64,000 nt of DNA, from positions 186,001 through 250,000 of the forward strand of contig JAQGDQ010000151.1 of NCBI GenBank assembly GCA_030141605.1. The letters run 5' to 3'. Origin of the DNA: Tubiluchus corallicola (lineage: Eukaryota > Animalia > Priapulida). Below the pieces are notes generated by a model that was not told the origin of the DNA, did not search any database, and worked only from the letters and a program-made list of their open reading frames with translations. Of this stretch, positions 24,864-38,651 are shown piece by piece. How positions within the stretch are numbered: position 1 is the first letter of the stretch; each line of letters begins with the position of its first letter. The position numbers were made by a program, and so were the translations under genes.

Positions 24864-25074
24864 CTAGAAAAACACATTTTCTTTTAGTGGACTACAGACA
24901 AGCAGTAAATATTTAGAACAGTGAAAAGTAAAGTAATTAAATTAAAGCTATTGTAGCGGGGAAAAACCGTCATTTCTTTATTTTTAAGACACACCTTTAT
25001 AAATATTAATGCCAAATCTGCAGTTTCTGACCACGTCAGAAACATTGTCAACTAATTTATTAACATTTTGCTAT

Positions 25075-25938
25075 AGCAAAATCTGACTGTTTTTCATCCG
25101 GTTATTATTATTATTAAGATTTTGCCATAGCAATCTTTTACATGCTGAGCGCCAGGGATGCAAAACTCACAGGGTATACTCTCTGGGCAAAGTTACCTAC
25201 GTATACATGTGACCCGAGTTGCTAGGCCAAAGGTCACGGAGCAGTCAGGTCTTCATTTATGTTTCTTTATGATCGATCTGCTCCCATAGTTTTTGAGCTA
25301 GGGCGACAATATTTGGCATGTTGCTAGGTGGTGTCGAGTTTTTGCGAATATGTGTTTTATGAACTAACAAACTTACCTAATAAAATATTTTCTCCCACTG
25401 AATACAGTTCTTTATTTCCTAGTTGAAGCAAATATTTTATAATGAGATAGAAATGCTCTCTTTTCCGTTAAGTACCAAATTTTCCAGAACCAAACTTTCC
25501 TAGTACAGCAAAATCTGACTGTTTTTCATCCGGTTATTATTATTATTAAGATTTTGCCATAGCAATCTTTTACATGCTGAGCGCCAGGGATGCAAAACTC
25601 ACAGGGTATACTCTCTGGGCAAAGTTACCTACGTATACATGTGACCCGAGTTGCTAGGCCAAAGGTCACGGAGCAGTCAGGTCTTCATTTATGTTTCTTT
25701 ATGATCGATCTGCTCCCATAGTTTTTGAGCTAGGGCGACAATATTTGGCATGTTGCTAGGTGGTGTCGAGTTTTTGCGAATATGTGTTTTATGAACTAAC
25801 AAACTTACCTAATAAAATATTTTCTCCCACTGAATACAGTTCTTTATTTCCTAGTTGAAGCAAATATTTTATAATGAGATAGAAATGCTCTCTTTTCCGT
25901 TAAGTACCAAATTTTCCAGAACCAAACTTTCCTAGTAC
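25075..25938. repeat. Tandem duplication, 2 x 432 bp, apparently identical
   Basis: Unit AGCAAAATCTGACTG...CTTTCCTAGTAC at 25075-25506 and 25507-25938; followed by short (G)TACCAAAATT repeats to ~26100. Confidence 0.92.
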
Positions 25939-27072
25939 TAAACAATCCTGGTACCATATTTCCCTGGTACGATATTATGCCAGTACCAAAACTTCTTTGT
26001 ACCTTAACATGATAGCACCAAATTTACCTGTACCAAAATTATCGCATACCAAAAAGTCCTGGCACCAAATTTTCCATGTACCAAAATTTCCTACATTATG
26101 ATTTTTACACGATGCAGATACAGGTCGGTTTTTTAAAGTAACAAGATCAAGCATGCTTGCTGTGATGGTTCGAGTTAGAAGGGCCACAGGTACATGAAAA
26201 CCACCTTTTGACGTAGTGTGTGCCAAAAGGTGTGAGCTAATTATTTATGTTAATTTTAAAATATGTTCATAAAATTTTCATAGGAATAAACATTTTGTTG
26301 GTAATTTTCCAGTATGTGGGTTATTTTTTTTCATTGGTACATTTTATCCGACTCAATAAACAAGCAATGACACATAACAACAAATTTGATGAGATTCCAA
26401 ACATTCAAAAAAAATGACAATAAGCATCAATGTACAATGTACAAAAAAAGGAAAACCCTTTCCCCAGAATACTGGCGATTTACCCAGGTTTTGCTGAGTG
26501 TCCACTGGTGGTACAACAGTCCACACTGACAATCACAGCTTACAGATAAGTTGCATGACAGTGTCGCACAGACGACGTTGACAACATCGTAAACAATTTA
26601 ACATCTATGTGAAGATAATGGGATCCCCATACGGCGAAGGAAACAGCCATCACACGTCTCAAACGAAACTGAACACTTTACAGTCTACCATCCCAATGGT
26701 GTCAACCCAACAAACGGCAATTAGTGGTTGGTGATTTACGAAAGCTATAAGTAAGTAGAAGTATACCGTTGAGTCTTTCTGTGATCTGCCACGTCTCCTC
26801 AGGTCAGTGGAACTTGAACCAGAACTCGGGAACAACATCACAGGATACAAAATGGAAGGCACTTAATGTGTAGACATACCTCCGTTTAACACAAGAAAAC
26901 CACTCTCTACTACTACATGGCCTGCAATCAGCAGGTAAAAAAATCCAGGTCACACTGCTCATGTGAATGTCTGGCTCCAGTGAGTTAACTTTAACGTGAA
27001 GATCTTACCCTATGGTGCAATACCCACCCAAGTGACCTAGTTAATGGGGTAGTAATTTATGAGAACAAAATG

Positions 27073-27834
27073 CGATTTTGTAGAACATCAAATTAAAATA
27101 AAAATGCAAAGGAAAGTTAATTTTATCTCTTCATCATCAGCCTAGCTTATGAATGTGAACAAATAATGTGCATGGTTGTTAGGCCAGTGGTCCCATACAT
27201 TACCATACTGGACCATCACAGAGCCCCAGTTCTCTAAAAGTTAAGTAGCTATGAAATGCACATTGAGACAACGAACTTCCATGCAATATAAATATTCAAT
27301 AGATCAAATTACAATAAAAATCAATGAATAGCAACAGTGAATACCGTAATACTCAAATGCAGTATCAGAACACTTCCATGACTAACAACCTTTTCCATTA
27401 AATATAACAAAAACTGTTTTGATACTTCTGCACCTATTACAAAACTAATTTTGGTACATCCAATATACAATCTTGCTTTATTAAAAGAAAATTTAGTTTA
27501 ACTATCAGTTAGCAGCTTAACTCAGCTCCAGTAACTTAGCTTTTTTTAAATATCTTCAAATTATGCTCAATTGGACAACAGCCAATTGAATTCTGTTTCT
27601 AAAAAATGTGCAAATTATTCATCTATGTCAAAACAATCAAATATGATACTCTAAATATACCCTTAATTCTCTCATATCAATCAAAAATGATGATTCGTAG
27701 AACATCAAATTAAATTAAAAATGCAAAAGAAAAGTGAACTTTATCTCTTCATCATCAGCTTAGCTATGAATGTAAACAAATATGCACAGTTGTTAGGCTA
27801 GTGTTTCCTTACATTACCATAATGGACCATCACA
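27073..27834. repeat. Diverged ~145-bp direct repeat (27073-27220 and ~27692-27834)
   Basis: GTAGAACATCAAATTAAA.TAAAAATGCAAA...TTTATCTCTTCATCATCAGC...TGGACCATCACA occurs twice. Confidence 0.8.
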
Positions 27835-27961
27835 CTTGCATTAAAATTCATTTAATAGCACATTTTGATTATAGCCTTACTTGTCACATTAACTTAACTG
27901 TTTTATGGAGTAATACTAACAGTATACAAAAACATTTTGCTAGTAAAATGACTTGTCTTAC

Positions 27962-28080
27962 CTTTGCGCCATTTGAACACCTAAGTGAGAACTCTGTCAC
28001 AAAAGCAGTGCTTGTGGCAACTGATGCATCTAAAGTTGTGTAGACATTAGAAGCTACTGCGGGATTAATGCATGAACTCG
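27962..28080 (-). CDS. SSR4: Translocon-associated protein delta, exon 2
   Basis: tttcag/gtaaga boundaries, phase 1-0; SSCINPAVASNVYTTLDASVATSTAFVTEFSLRCSNGAK (C..P....YTT.DA......F..E.SL.C.N). Confidence 0.92.
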
Positions 28081-30329
28081 CTGAAACTATAAAAAACATT
28101 TCATTTAATACATGACTACTTAACTTTTTTTAAATATTCTAATAAACAAGGAATTGTAGAAGCTTAATTACAATAGATAATTTTCTTTATTATTTCTATT
28201 GTCCTTAGAGATGATTCTCTGTCAGAGATAGTCAGTTAATAAGTCGTCACAGCTGTGTGTCCATTGTATAAATAAGATTTTTCCACACAATGACTCCGGA
28301 AAAAAATATTTGTCTTCTTACTCGCTATCCATTGAGATGACATGTTAGTGCATGCATGCCCACAGCTCCACACGTATGCACGCACACACACACCAACATG
28401 CATGCACGCATGAATACATGCATGTAATCAACTCCAACTCATAACAAAACACAAACATAACATATGTACATGGTACATTATCATATACACTCACATACAT
28501 ATGAACAAAAACCTACATGCACACATAAAGTAAGCAGAAAATACTTTTCTGTCACTGCGCTACCTATAGTAAGCAGCAGTGCTGTATTCAAATGTTCCAG
28601 CTCAAGTCCAAATCAAGTCCCAAGTTTGTTAGGTTCAAGTTAGAGTCATTCTACCCAAAGCCAAGACAAGTTTCGAGGCATTACGTCTGCATCAGAGTCG
28701 AGCCCCTAGTCCTGTACATATGGTCATGTTCAACTTCTAATCAAGTCTCAAGTTAAAATAATCCAAGACTTAATCTATTCTCAAGCTCCTGTTTAATAGC
28801 AATGATGAATGCTTGTTAATTTTGGTGTTATATTGCTTATTACTGCACTAAATTTAACTAGTAATACTTATGTTTTAGATTTTGCTACACATAACTATCT
28901 GTGCAAGACACTATATTACATGTTTTATATTTCACAAGTAATTTTGCAGTGGTGTAATACGGTGTTAAACTGAGAGTCTATAACATAGAAGTAATTACTA
29001 TGAGTTATAGTCTACAGGAATTTATTCAAGTTACATATCACATTTAAGAAATACCAAGTCAAATATCTAACAAATCTGTCTGTCTTGCTAGCAAATCAGT
29101 TCGCTTGAAGAACCTCTACTCTAATAGGCACACTAGTAGCTGCGGAACTAAATACTTTACAAAGTACCAATACTTTGAAACTAGATAGCCAAAGCACTAG
29201 TTTACAAATTAAGATTTAGTTTTATAAAAAACTAGCTATTAAAAAAGTTGTGTATGACGCATTGTGTCGAGCGTACGTCTCAATAGCGCCAATCATTTTT
29301 AAACCAAGTATAGATGCAAGCACAGCCACTGAACCTTTAGGAATTACACTTTAGGCATAATACAAACATGGATACAGACAACAGACACTGATCAAATGCT
29401 ACTGAAATGCTTTTGCAAGAATTATTTCTTAGCTATAACAAGCATAATTATTGCAGTTTGGGTCACTAGTCGAGTCAGTGTTTCGTTATTTCGATGATGA
29501 TTAATATGGAAAAGGAAAAATATTCCACGAGCATGTTGCAAGTGTTTGCGAAAGCGAAAATTGAAGTACAGTGCTACTGTAAGGCATTTAGTGTATTGCA
29601 CTAAAACTAGGCAAGTTTTAAGATAAATATTTAAATTTCAAATTTACTGCTGTATTCACCCATGAGCTGTCGAATGTGTGTAGTTTGTCACAAACTGACA
29701 AATCTGAACTGAAAGGTACAGCACCTGTTTTCGTGCAATGCTTTCTGAAAAGCAGGCGCTAGTACATGTCTCACTAGCAAATAGCGAAATGCACGTAAAA
29801 GCGAATAACTAGTGGCACGAATGTAAGATTGTTTGTGTGGTAATAATTCTTTCAACAATTCTTTACAAGGGCTCCATTTCTGAGAAAAATAGCATGTTTT
29901 TTCCAGTATTTTAAAGAGCAGATTGTTTTGACCTGTAGTTAAAGAATGGGTCAATTTTTGCTTTAACTTTGGAGTTGATGAAAATCTGAACCAACAGATT
30001 GCTTTTGTATTAAATAGTAAAGACTGAATCAAAAATGTGTTCTATTTTTCCTGTTTTCCTGTTTTTGCTTTTACAATAATTACAAGATACTTCACAATTC
30101 TAATTTGAGCATGCTACTAGCTACTATGCACCTTTTCCAGTGTAAATACAGTTCTGCAGTGTAACTAAAAATATGTATAATAGGCCAAGCTATGTCATTG
30201 TTGTGTTAACCTGTGTACAGTAAATACAGTCACCCACGTGTAACTTCCTGATTATTTTCGGTAAATACTGAATGAAACAAAGATCCTTAACTTCAAAAGT
30301 TAAAAGACTGATCACATAAAAAATGCCTT

Positions 30330-30700
30330 TAGGGCAATCCTGCAATGCTGGTTTGAAAAACTCCCTATTGGGGGCATTAACAGTAGCACTGCCTAGATTG
30401 TTCCTTTCTGCACAATACGGTAAGAAAAAAGCTGTTTTACCTTTTCTTTAACAGATGCATACAGCAGTGTCCAAACAACAACACCATAATCCAGCTAATT
30501 AGGTCTAATTAGAGCCTTATAAATAGGTACAATATCTAATGACTCACGATATACATTTGATGTATTCGATCATCTAATGATGCCAGGTGCTTTGGTTACC
30601 AGCCTTTATAACATGAGCAATATGATCACTAAATTTCAGTGAATGACATAAACTAATATAAACTCCTAGATCTTGGACCTTATCAACTTGAAGTATCATG
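30330..30700 (-). mobile_element. Old degenerate CR1/L2-type LINE RT fragment
   Basis: Interrupted translation DLGVYI...LKFSDHIAHV...YKALIRP..LDYGVVVW. Confidence 0.55.
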
Positions 30701-31808
30701 CCATTATATAAAACATAACAGGTATCATATTTGTCCAGTCAAACTCTGAGCAATGCATATGCTGAGTAGATGAACTCAGAAGGCGAACAGTCCTTGTAAT
30801 GATTGTTGCAGCAAAAATATTTCACATCAAAAGGCAGAAGACATTTAAGCACCAGAATCGACACAAGTTGTGGTAACTTGAGCCAGAAAATAATTTCTGT
30901 GTTGGGCTACAGCACGCTATGCCTCTAGTTGGCCTAGTATGTAAGTTCCCTTTAACTGCTTAGTTACATTTTGATTTTTGATGTTTATCTGAGCCTTCTG
31001 TAAGCAAATAAAAAATTATTTTCGTGAATACGATCCAGTAAATGACACTAAAAATAACTAAAATTTATTCACTAAAAACATTACTGCTGAATGAAGCATT
31101 TCATTCATTTTAGCAGAATCATGCATTTCACAAGTGATGCCTTCGAGAAACTTATAATTATATAATTATTGTTAATCTTGAAGTCATATTAAGGTGTTAA
31201 GCAGTTTAGTTCATTAATTGACCTGCTTTCTTTCTAGTACATGGCTAGTATTAAGAATTTAACAAGGCATTGCACGCCAGTATAAACTTCAACGTTTTCT
31301 TGCAAATTCCGTAGCAACTACACTTTCGTACATTTGCTAAGTGTTTTGTAGAGATGAAACAAACAACAATGGTTGACTACAACGGCGATTTTCTCAAGAT
31401 TGCTGCATAGCCTGCACCTCAAACTGCACCAAAAACATTAAGTAATTCTATACACATACAAAATAATATATGCAACTTATGTTTTGTGATGTTTTGGTGT
31501 GTTTCAAAGTGCACATACTGATTGCTTTGAAATAAAACACTGCTAATCTAATTTTTCTGATAAATACATTATTAAAAAAACTCTAATATAATGCTACTGT
31601 GTCACATTCTGTGCTTTGGACATGCTTTACTTACTTTAAAAACTACACATATACTGAAGGAGGGGAAAGTGCAGAAAAGTAAGTAACTGGTTTTAACTGT
31701 ATTATTAGATATTATGACAGTTAGGAAAAAACTGAATTTTAAAAATTTAATAAACAAAAATAAAAAAATATGTGTTTGTGAAAATATTGAATCATTAAAA
31801 ATTTAATA

Positions 31809-32215
31809 CAGGGGTGTGCAAACTGCGGCCCGCGGAGAGATCTTGTGCGGCCTGCGAAGAGGTTTGTCAACTTAATGAAAGTGCGGCCCACGCGATCCAG
31901 CTGAAGTCCGTGCCACGATCCCAAAGATAGTGCGGGTAGTTTTTTCCTCTAGATCGGATAGCATTAACCCTTACAAGACTGTTGTCACGTAATGTCACTG
32001 TCGGACATGACAAAATATACGGTTTTTTAATATAAATTTTAATAACTTCTAAAATAGTTTCTTGAGTGTAGTAGTAACGATGTGCGCAAATCGGATGCAA
32101 AAAATCGTTATTAGGTCCTACTGTACTTGGCTCCTTGACCAAACTGCCTGTGGCCCACAGGAAATGCGGGAATGTTTAATGTGGCCCGGCTAGTCAGATA
32201 ATTTGCACACCCCTG
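31809..32215. mobile_element. hAT (Charlie-like) MITE, 407 bp
   Basis: TIRs CAGGGGTGTGCAAA / TTTGCACACCCCTG; perfect 8-bp TSD ATTTAATA at 31801-31808 and 32216-32223. Confidence 0.93.
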
Positions 32216-32603
32216 ATTTAATAAAAAAAATATGTTTAGTTGACCATAAAACATCAAGCTTTGTTGGTGCCCAAATGTCATGTATCCACTGGGGGCCACC
32301 AATGTAACAATAAAAAGGGTGATGCTGCCACGTATGATCCATGCGAATTTTCAAAAAACTGTCAGACAAACATGCAAGAACTGACTAAAACTAACTATAA
32401 ACAGGATGCTATTCTTGCGTCCTCCGCGCCAGTTGTTGAAATGGTGAAAAGCACTTACATACCAGCATATTTAGAGAAACCATTAATTTTGCAATGGCTT
32501 CGTAATGGACAGAACCATTACAGTGCTGGGGTGGCGATGAAAACAAATGTCTTTACCTTACAATACGACATTATATTGACAAAAACGTAGCTGCTCAGTT
32601 TAC

Positions 32604-32679
32604 CTGTACAGAAGAAAATGGCAACTAGGGTAACACCGACCACCGCAACAATATCATGCACAAAACAGCCGGTTCTCAT
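32604..32679 (-). CDS. SSR4: Probable SSR4 exon 1 (signal peptide)
   Basis: MRTGCFVHDIVAVVGVTLVAIFFCT then G|gtaaac, a phase-1 donor compatible with exon 2; hydrophobic core. Confidence 0.65.
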
Positions 32680-33169
32680 TGTAGAAAATAAGAGATGGAG
32701 TATAGCAGTTATGCTCAAATTTTTATTTAACTTTAGTCACAAAAAGCATAATACTGACAAAAAAATAATCAATCTATTTGACGAGCAGCCATTCAAAACA
32801 TAGAACTTAGACACGTCACCACCAAATGTCTAATGGCGAATAATTGGCCAGCATACGCAAAAGCAGAAATCTTTATATCCTTGACATCAGAAGTAGTGAA
32901 TAGAGATCTTGCACGTGTACATTTGATCAAACAATTAATTATTTTGTTGTAGAAATTCTTGCTTCTTAGTAAGAAATCACTTAGTTGTGTACTTTACAAT
33001 AAGAACTCACTCGTGACATACATATTCGATTAGTATAGATGCCATAGTTACCGCCTGTAGGACTGTACCTCTTATGTCTGTGCAAGTATCTACAGATCTT
33101 GTTCTGTTGAGTTCAATGTGGCAAGTGAAAATTAAATAATATTATGTTGAAGGCGCTTAAGGGTAATCA

Positions 33170-34963
33170 CCCCTGTTAAAGACTGCAGCATATTTTAGTT
33201 AACATTAACATCTTTTTTATATTGTAGCTGTGTACTGTAAATAAGTTTTCGTAAAAAATTTTCTCAGCAATGTTTTTTAGATGATACAGCCTATTTGAGT
33301 ATACTTTATATATGTTTCTGTCATATTCTGAAGGTGATATTTTATGTGTTTTGTACATTGTGCTTCATTTTCGAATTGAAGTTAATAACCCTGGAGTAAT
33401 CCAAGGTTTGTTAAATGTTTTGCTTTCCTTTCTTGACAAGGTCCTTATAGGGGCATGGATATTTAGGACGTGGGAAGTTTTCGAAGAAATTTGTAAAAGC
33501 ATCATTAGTATCAGTGATATTAAGTGAGTTTACTAACAATTTTTCAAGATCTTGTAAAAAGGACTCCGTATTGAAATTCTCTTTATCTCGTATTGTTATT
33601 TTAGTTTTAGCTTTGACTAGGTGAGCAGATTTTACAATTATAAATATAGGCAAGTGATCAGCTACTTCACTAAGTATGATACTAGAAACTATGTGGTTCT
33701 GATATGAGTTTGTATAGAAATGGTCTATAAGTGTTTGTGAAGTATGAGTAATTCTGGTCGGGTATGTTATTAAGGGTGTATAGCAATTTGTAAATAGCAT
33801 GTTAAGATAATCATTTACTTGTGATTTTTGTTCATACTGTAGTAGATTTATGTTTGTGTCGCCGCAGATATATGCGGTCCTTCCTGATGTGTTTATTTTA
33901 GATAAGACTCTTTCAGCCTCTTCTCGAAAGTGCTGTAGTGAAGTGTTTGGATGTCTGTAGATGACCCCAGAAATGACTGGTTTGCAGTTTTTTGCAGTTT
34001 TTAATTCTAGCCAAAGTTGCTCTACCTGTACCCTACTGGTCAAATTATTTTGTGTTTTTATAGCAGCTATTTGATAGTCTGTGTTTATAGAAAATGAGAT
34101 ATTTCGTTTTATGTAGATTCCTACCCCACCAGCATTTGTTTGTGAATTTACATTTAAAAATAAATAACCTGGTATATCACAAAGAAATGCTGTGTTGCTT
34201 TGTAGTTTTGTTTCAGAAATGGCGATAGCATCTGGTGGGTTATCCTCAAAATGTGCTAATACATAAAGCATGTTTGAGAAGTTCTTTGATAGACTTCGGG
34301 TATTAAAATGTATAAAGAACATGTCATTTTTGTTTACAACTAAATCAGAGTTTTGTCTCAGAGCAGCGAGCTTGTAGTATTTTCACATATTGAAGTTTCT
34401 GTAATGATCTGGATCCTGTTCATCATGTTCATTTGGGGTGAAAACTGATGATAAATTTTTTAAACATTGCTCATTTGGCTTGCACTGAAAATGTCTCTTA
34501 GCTCGTCATTTTCAGTGCTTTGAAAGGGGAGTATTCTATTTATACATGGCTGACAATAAAAAGGAATGTCTGAATTAGCCAACTTTTGAAAGTCTTGCAT
34601 TGTTATCATGGTGCATTTAAGATGACACCATTTCCTACAGATTTCGCAGTACAGGGCATTCTGATTAATTTTGCAAGCAAACGTACATCCAGTGCAGGGA
34701 TACTGAATTACCATTTAATTTATAACAATTTAAATACACAGATGTAGGTAATCTGTATATAGCTGGGTTCTATCTAAAGCATGTTTAAGTCATCTTCACT
34801 GTTTATTGTGATAACAGGGCTGCTATCATTTACTCTCATTTTGATTTTTCCATTTACAGTCCATAAATATTTTATGTTCTTATTTTGTTTTATGCATCGA
34901 CATTGAAACAGCAGTTTTCTCTTCATTTGCGTTAGAGATTCGTTAACATAGATTTTACTACTG
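33170..34963 (-). mobile_element. CR1/L2-group LINE fragment: ORF1 C-terminus, then ORF2 PHD finger and AP endonuclease, broken before RT
   Basis: 34774-34963 KIYVNESLTQMKRKLL...KYLWTVNGKIKMR (ORF1 tail); 34460-34714 C4HC3 PHD; 33411-34322 HFNTRSL, ISET, GGVGIY, YRHP, GDTN, PTR, LIDH, ADH. Confidence 0.9.
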
Positions 34964-36633
34964 TTGAGTCGCAGCAGAAGCGATTTAGCGATGACATCGG
35001 TAAGTGTGGTCTTGGAGCACTATAGTGACATAGCCAAGTGAGTTGTGGCACATGGCAGGCGTTTGCAAATTATATGTTAATAATACTTAGCAAAATGTTT
35101 TGAAAAGAAAGGCAGTGTTGGCCTAAATTGCTTTAAGCATTAAGATATAAAGAAAGAAGTCCATACTATTGAATCTGTGTGAGATGAGCGATATTCTGAA
35201 TTACAGATAATCGAATTATGCAGAGTCTTTTGTTGTCTGAATTCTGTTATAATAATAGTACTATATTAATAGTGACTCAGGGGCCTATATTCATAAACAC
35301 TGCATATGATAGGAAGAACTACTATGACCTGATATGAAACTGCATATGATATGAAAAATAAGTGCTAACCCGGTGTTGAAAGTTTTGTGACCTACTAAAA
35401 TACCGTACGTTGGAGTCTGATTTACATTTCAGATGTATCAAATGGTATGAAAATTCATTGGCAACTTTCGTCTCGGAAAGCAAATGGTTTGCCAATTGAA
35501 TTTGATGGCATTCCTTTTGTCTTCTTGGGCAAGAAGACATACTCTTGCCATCATGGCAGAGACAGAGGACTGTCAGCAAAGAAGAAATGGAAAGAAGATA
35601 AGGATCGGCGTATGGTGAGGCCCACATTTTTTCTTTCCTATTCCTAAATGTGCCTTAAACTAAATGAGATCTCATCATAAGTTGGAACATACAATTAAAC
35701 CACATATCCGTTTAATTTATGCAATTCTTAGCCTTTTAATAAAAGTGTTAATACTATTTTAAGCCATAAGGGAACCACCAACAGATATTAGTTTTTTGGT
35801 TTTTATGCTTAATATATCTATTTAATTTGCAATGTACCATGCTGTATTCTGCTTTTGATTTTAATGTTTAATTTTTGCCATTTATTGCTATGCTTTATAT
35901 AAATAATTTTGTTTCATTTGCTTGTTAAATTGCCATTTCAGTTTGTTTTTCCCATTGCATGTTACTTGGGTTGCTGAAAAAAGTGGAAAGAAGACAAGAA
36001 TTGGTGAGGCCAGGTTTTTAATTTACCAGTCTAATATAAAGTTCTGTGGCCAATGAACAAACTATTGCATTACCCATAGTTTGGAGCAAACCAACAAATC
36101 AGAAATGAAAAGTCAAGGCCTGAGTAGCTATGTTTATTTAACAGCCCTAGCTGACTGAACTTTTTTCCATTACAAAGCATATCTTACTTGTTTGTGAGAT
36201 AGTTGGCAACCCAAGAACAGTTTCTTGTGGTTAATAAAATAGTCATAATGCATTTTTAGTGTACTCATTTGTGAGATTGTCTTTGCATCACTAATGTAGC
36301 TTTCTAGTATAAAAAGTGGCATAATAAGTACTTATGTCAAGTGATTGACATTTGATGCATCTGGTTCAAACACGAAGATACTGCAGAAACTAATAATTAA
36401 AACAGAGCAAGAGCAAGAGCCTGTTAGCATTGCTGTGATATATGCTAGCTTAGAATACATATACACCCAATATGCACATCTTAAATCACATTTCTATGTA
36501 GTGAATTTGATTTTATTTTCAGAGAAATGATCATGCATTTGTAAAAAGCAGATTTCTGCAGCAGCCTACAAAAAAGATGGGTTGTCCTGCAACAATCCAG
36601 ACAAAAAAAATTGTGAAGTTTCCAAAGTTTAAG
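34963..36633 (+). pseudogene. CaRF-like / Mutator-type transposase N-terminal gene fragment, copy A (partial exon 1 to 34999, exons 35433-35614 and 36523-36633)
   Basis: Spliced translation ...FDGIPFVFLGKKTYSCHHGRDR...|RNDHAF...TKKMGCPATIQTKKIVKFPKFK resembles the CaRF FDG.PF...C..G and CPA.I..K.V.KFP motifs; canonical GT-AG with compatible phases. Confidence 0.7.
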
Positions 36634-37733
36634 GTGAATGAAATGTGTTGTAGTAATATTTTGTTTTGCCTGAGCTAAATAATTTGCATGTTGGTCAGAA
36701 TAGTTATGAATATTATCTTTCTTTTTTGCATTATTCAGAAAAGGTCAAATTTCACTTGTTTTATACCTTGGTGTGTAAAATTTGTTTGATTGTTTAAATT
36801 TGCTTAATGAAACCACCAAGACAGCACGCGATATGTAGCATATGTGGCTGAGTATATTATAATACCTTTTCCTACAACAATTCTTTTTAAGTATTATTTC
36901 TGAAATATAAAAAGTTGCAAACAACGTCGAATTGATTTTTCATGTATGCCACGGACAGAAAAGAAAACTTCTTCGTGGAGCTTTTTTGCTATGCTATGGC
37001 TTTTATTAACTCAATGGCCAATCCATTGATATATGCTTTTATATACACAAACATTTTAAGCTAAGTTTTGCACACATGTTGACATGTAAATCAGGGGAGC
37101 CAAATTTCAATTCCTTATAAAGATTTTGGTTAATATGGCTATTGAATGTCACAGTGTTTGATTTACGCATATAATTGGACAAGCATTTACAATACGAACA
37201 GCTAAAGCAGACTTCATATTACACATGTTAAAATTGCAACCATATCAGTTTGCCACAACAGTAACACAGCTCTTGAATTACAATAATGCTAAGTCGATGC
37301 TTGCAGCTTGTCAATGTCTACTTATGTTTTACGTACAGTAAAAAGTAAATTTCCTCTCAACACACTTTAGCTTCAAGGTTGTCCAATTTTGTCAATGGAT
37401 ATTCCTGTTGGCAACATGTCCACTATTTCATGCTGTTCTTCCCTCTGTAAAATTAAATGACTGATGCCACCCAAGCTATGTGAGTGGATCACACTTAGTA
37501 TATTACTTTTGTTCCTGAAAAAGTTGCTACTTTAGTTAGTATTAATCTGTATATATTTACAATAAACAAAGCTAATAAAAATGAACCCAATATAGCAAAT
37601 TAAGAAAATAATATGAATGTGAGTATAATAATAATATGAATTAAATAATAATAATATGAGTCTTTTACAAGTTTCCTTCTTCAGCAGCAATACACACACA
37701 TGTAACTGAACGAAGTACAACTTACGTATTGCT

Positions 37734-38651
37734 TGGTTCCCTTATGGCTTAAAATAGTATTAACACTTTTATTAAAAGGCTAAGAGTTGCTTAAATTAAA
37801 CGGATATGTAGTTTAATTGTATGTTCTCACTTATGATGAGATTTCGTTTAGTTTAAGGCACATTTAGGAATAGGAAAGAAAAAATGTGGGCCTCAGCATA
37901 CGCCGATCCTTATCTTCTTTCCATTTCTTCTTCACTGACTGTCCTCTGTCTCTGCCATGATGGCAAGAGTATGTCTTCTTGCCCAAGAAGACAAATGGAA
38001 TGCCATCAAATTCAATTGGCAAACCATTTGCTTTCCGAGACGAAAGTTGCCAATGAATTTTCATACCATTTGATACATCTGAAATGTAAATCAGACTCCA
38101 ACGTACGGTATTTTAGTAGGTCACAAAACTTTAAACACCGGGTTAGCACTTATTTTTCATATCATATGCAGTTTCATATCAGGTCATAGTAGTTCTTCCT
38201 ATCATATGCAGTGTTTATGAATATAGGCCCTTGAATCACTATTAATATAGTACTATTATTATAACAGAATTCAGACAACAAAACTCAAGACTCTGCATAA
38301 TTCGATTATCTGTAATTCAGAATATCGCTCATCTCAGACAGATTCAATAGTATGGACTTCTTTCTTTATATCTTAACGCTTAAAGCAATTTAGGCCAACA
38401 CTGCCTTTCTTTTCAAAATATTTTGCTAAGTATTATTAACATATAATTTGCAAACGCCTGCCGTGTGCCACAACTCACTTGGCTAGGTCACTATAGTGCT
38501 CCAAGACTGGACACTTACCGACGTCATCGCTAAATCGCTTCTGCTGCGACTCAACTACATAATGAGTTGTGGTATCCAATTCATGTTGTTCGATCACACG
38601 AACGCAATCATTCACATTGGATACTACAACAATCTTGTATGCAGCAGCCAT
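37734..38651 (-). pseudogene. CaRF-like / Mutator-type gene fragment, copy B (exons 38519-38651 and 37897-38078), inverted relative to copy A
   Basis: MAAAYKIVVV...HELDTTTHYVVESQQKRFSDDV|DVSNGMKIHWQ...; 37734-38555 is the near-identical reverse complement of 34963-35777; the exon-2 donor is CT instead of GT. Confidence 0.75.
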
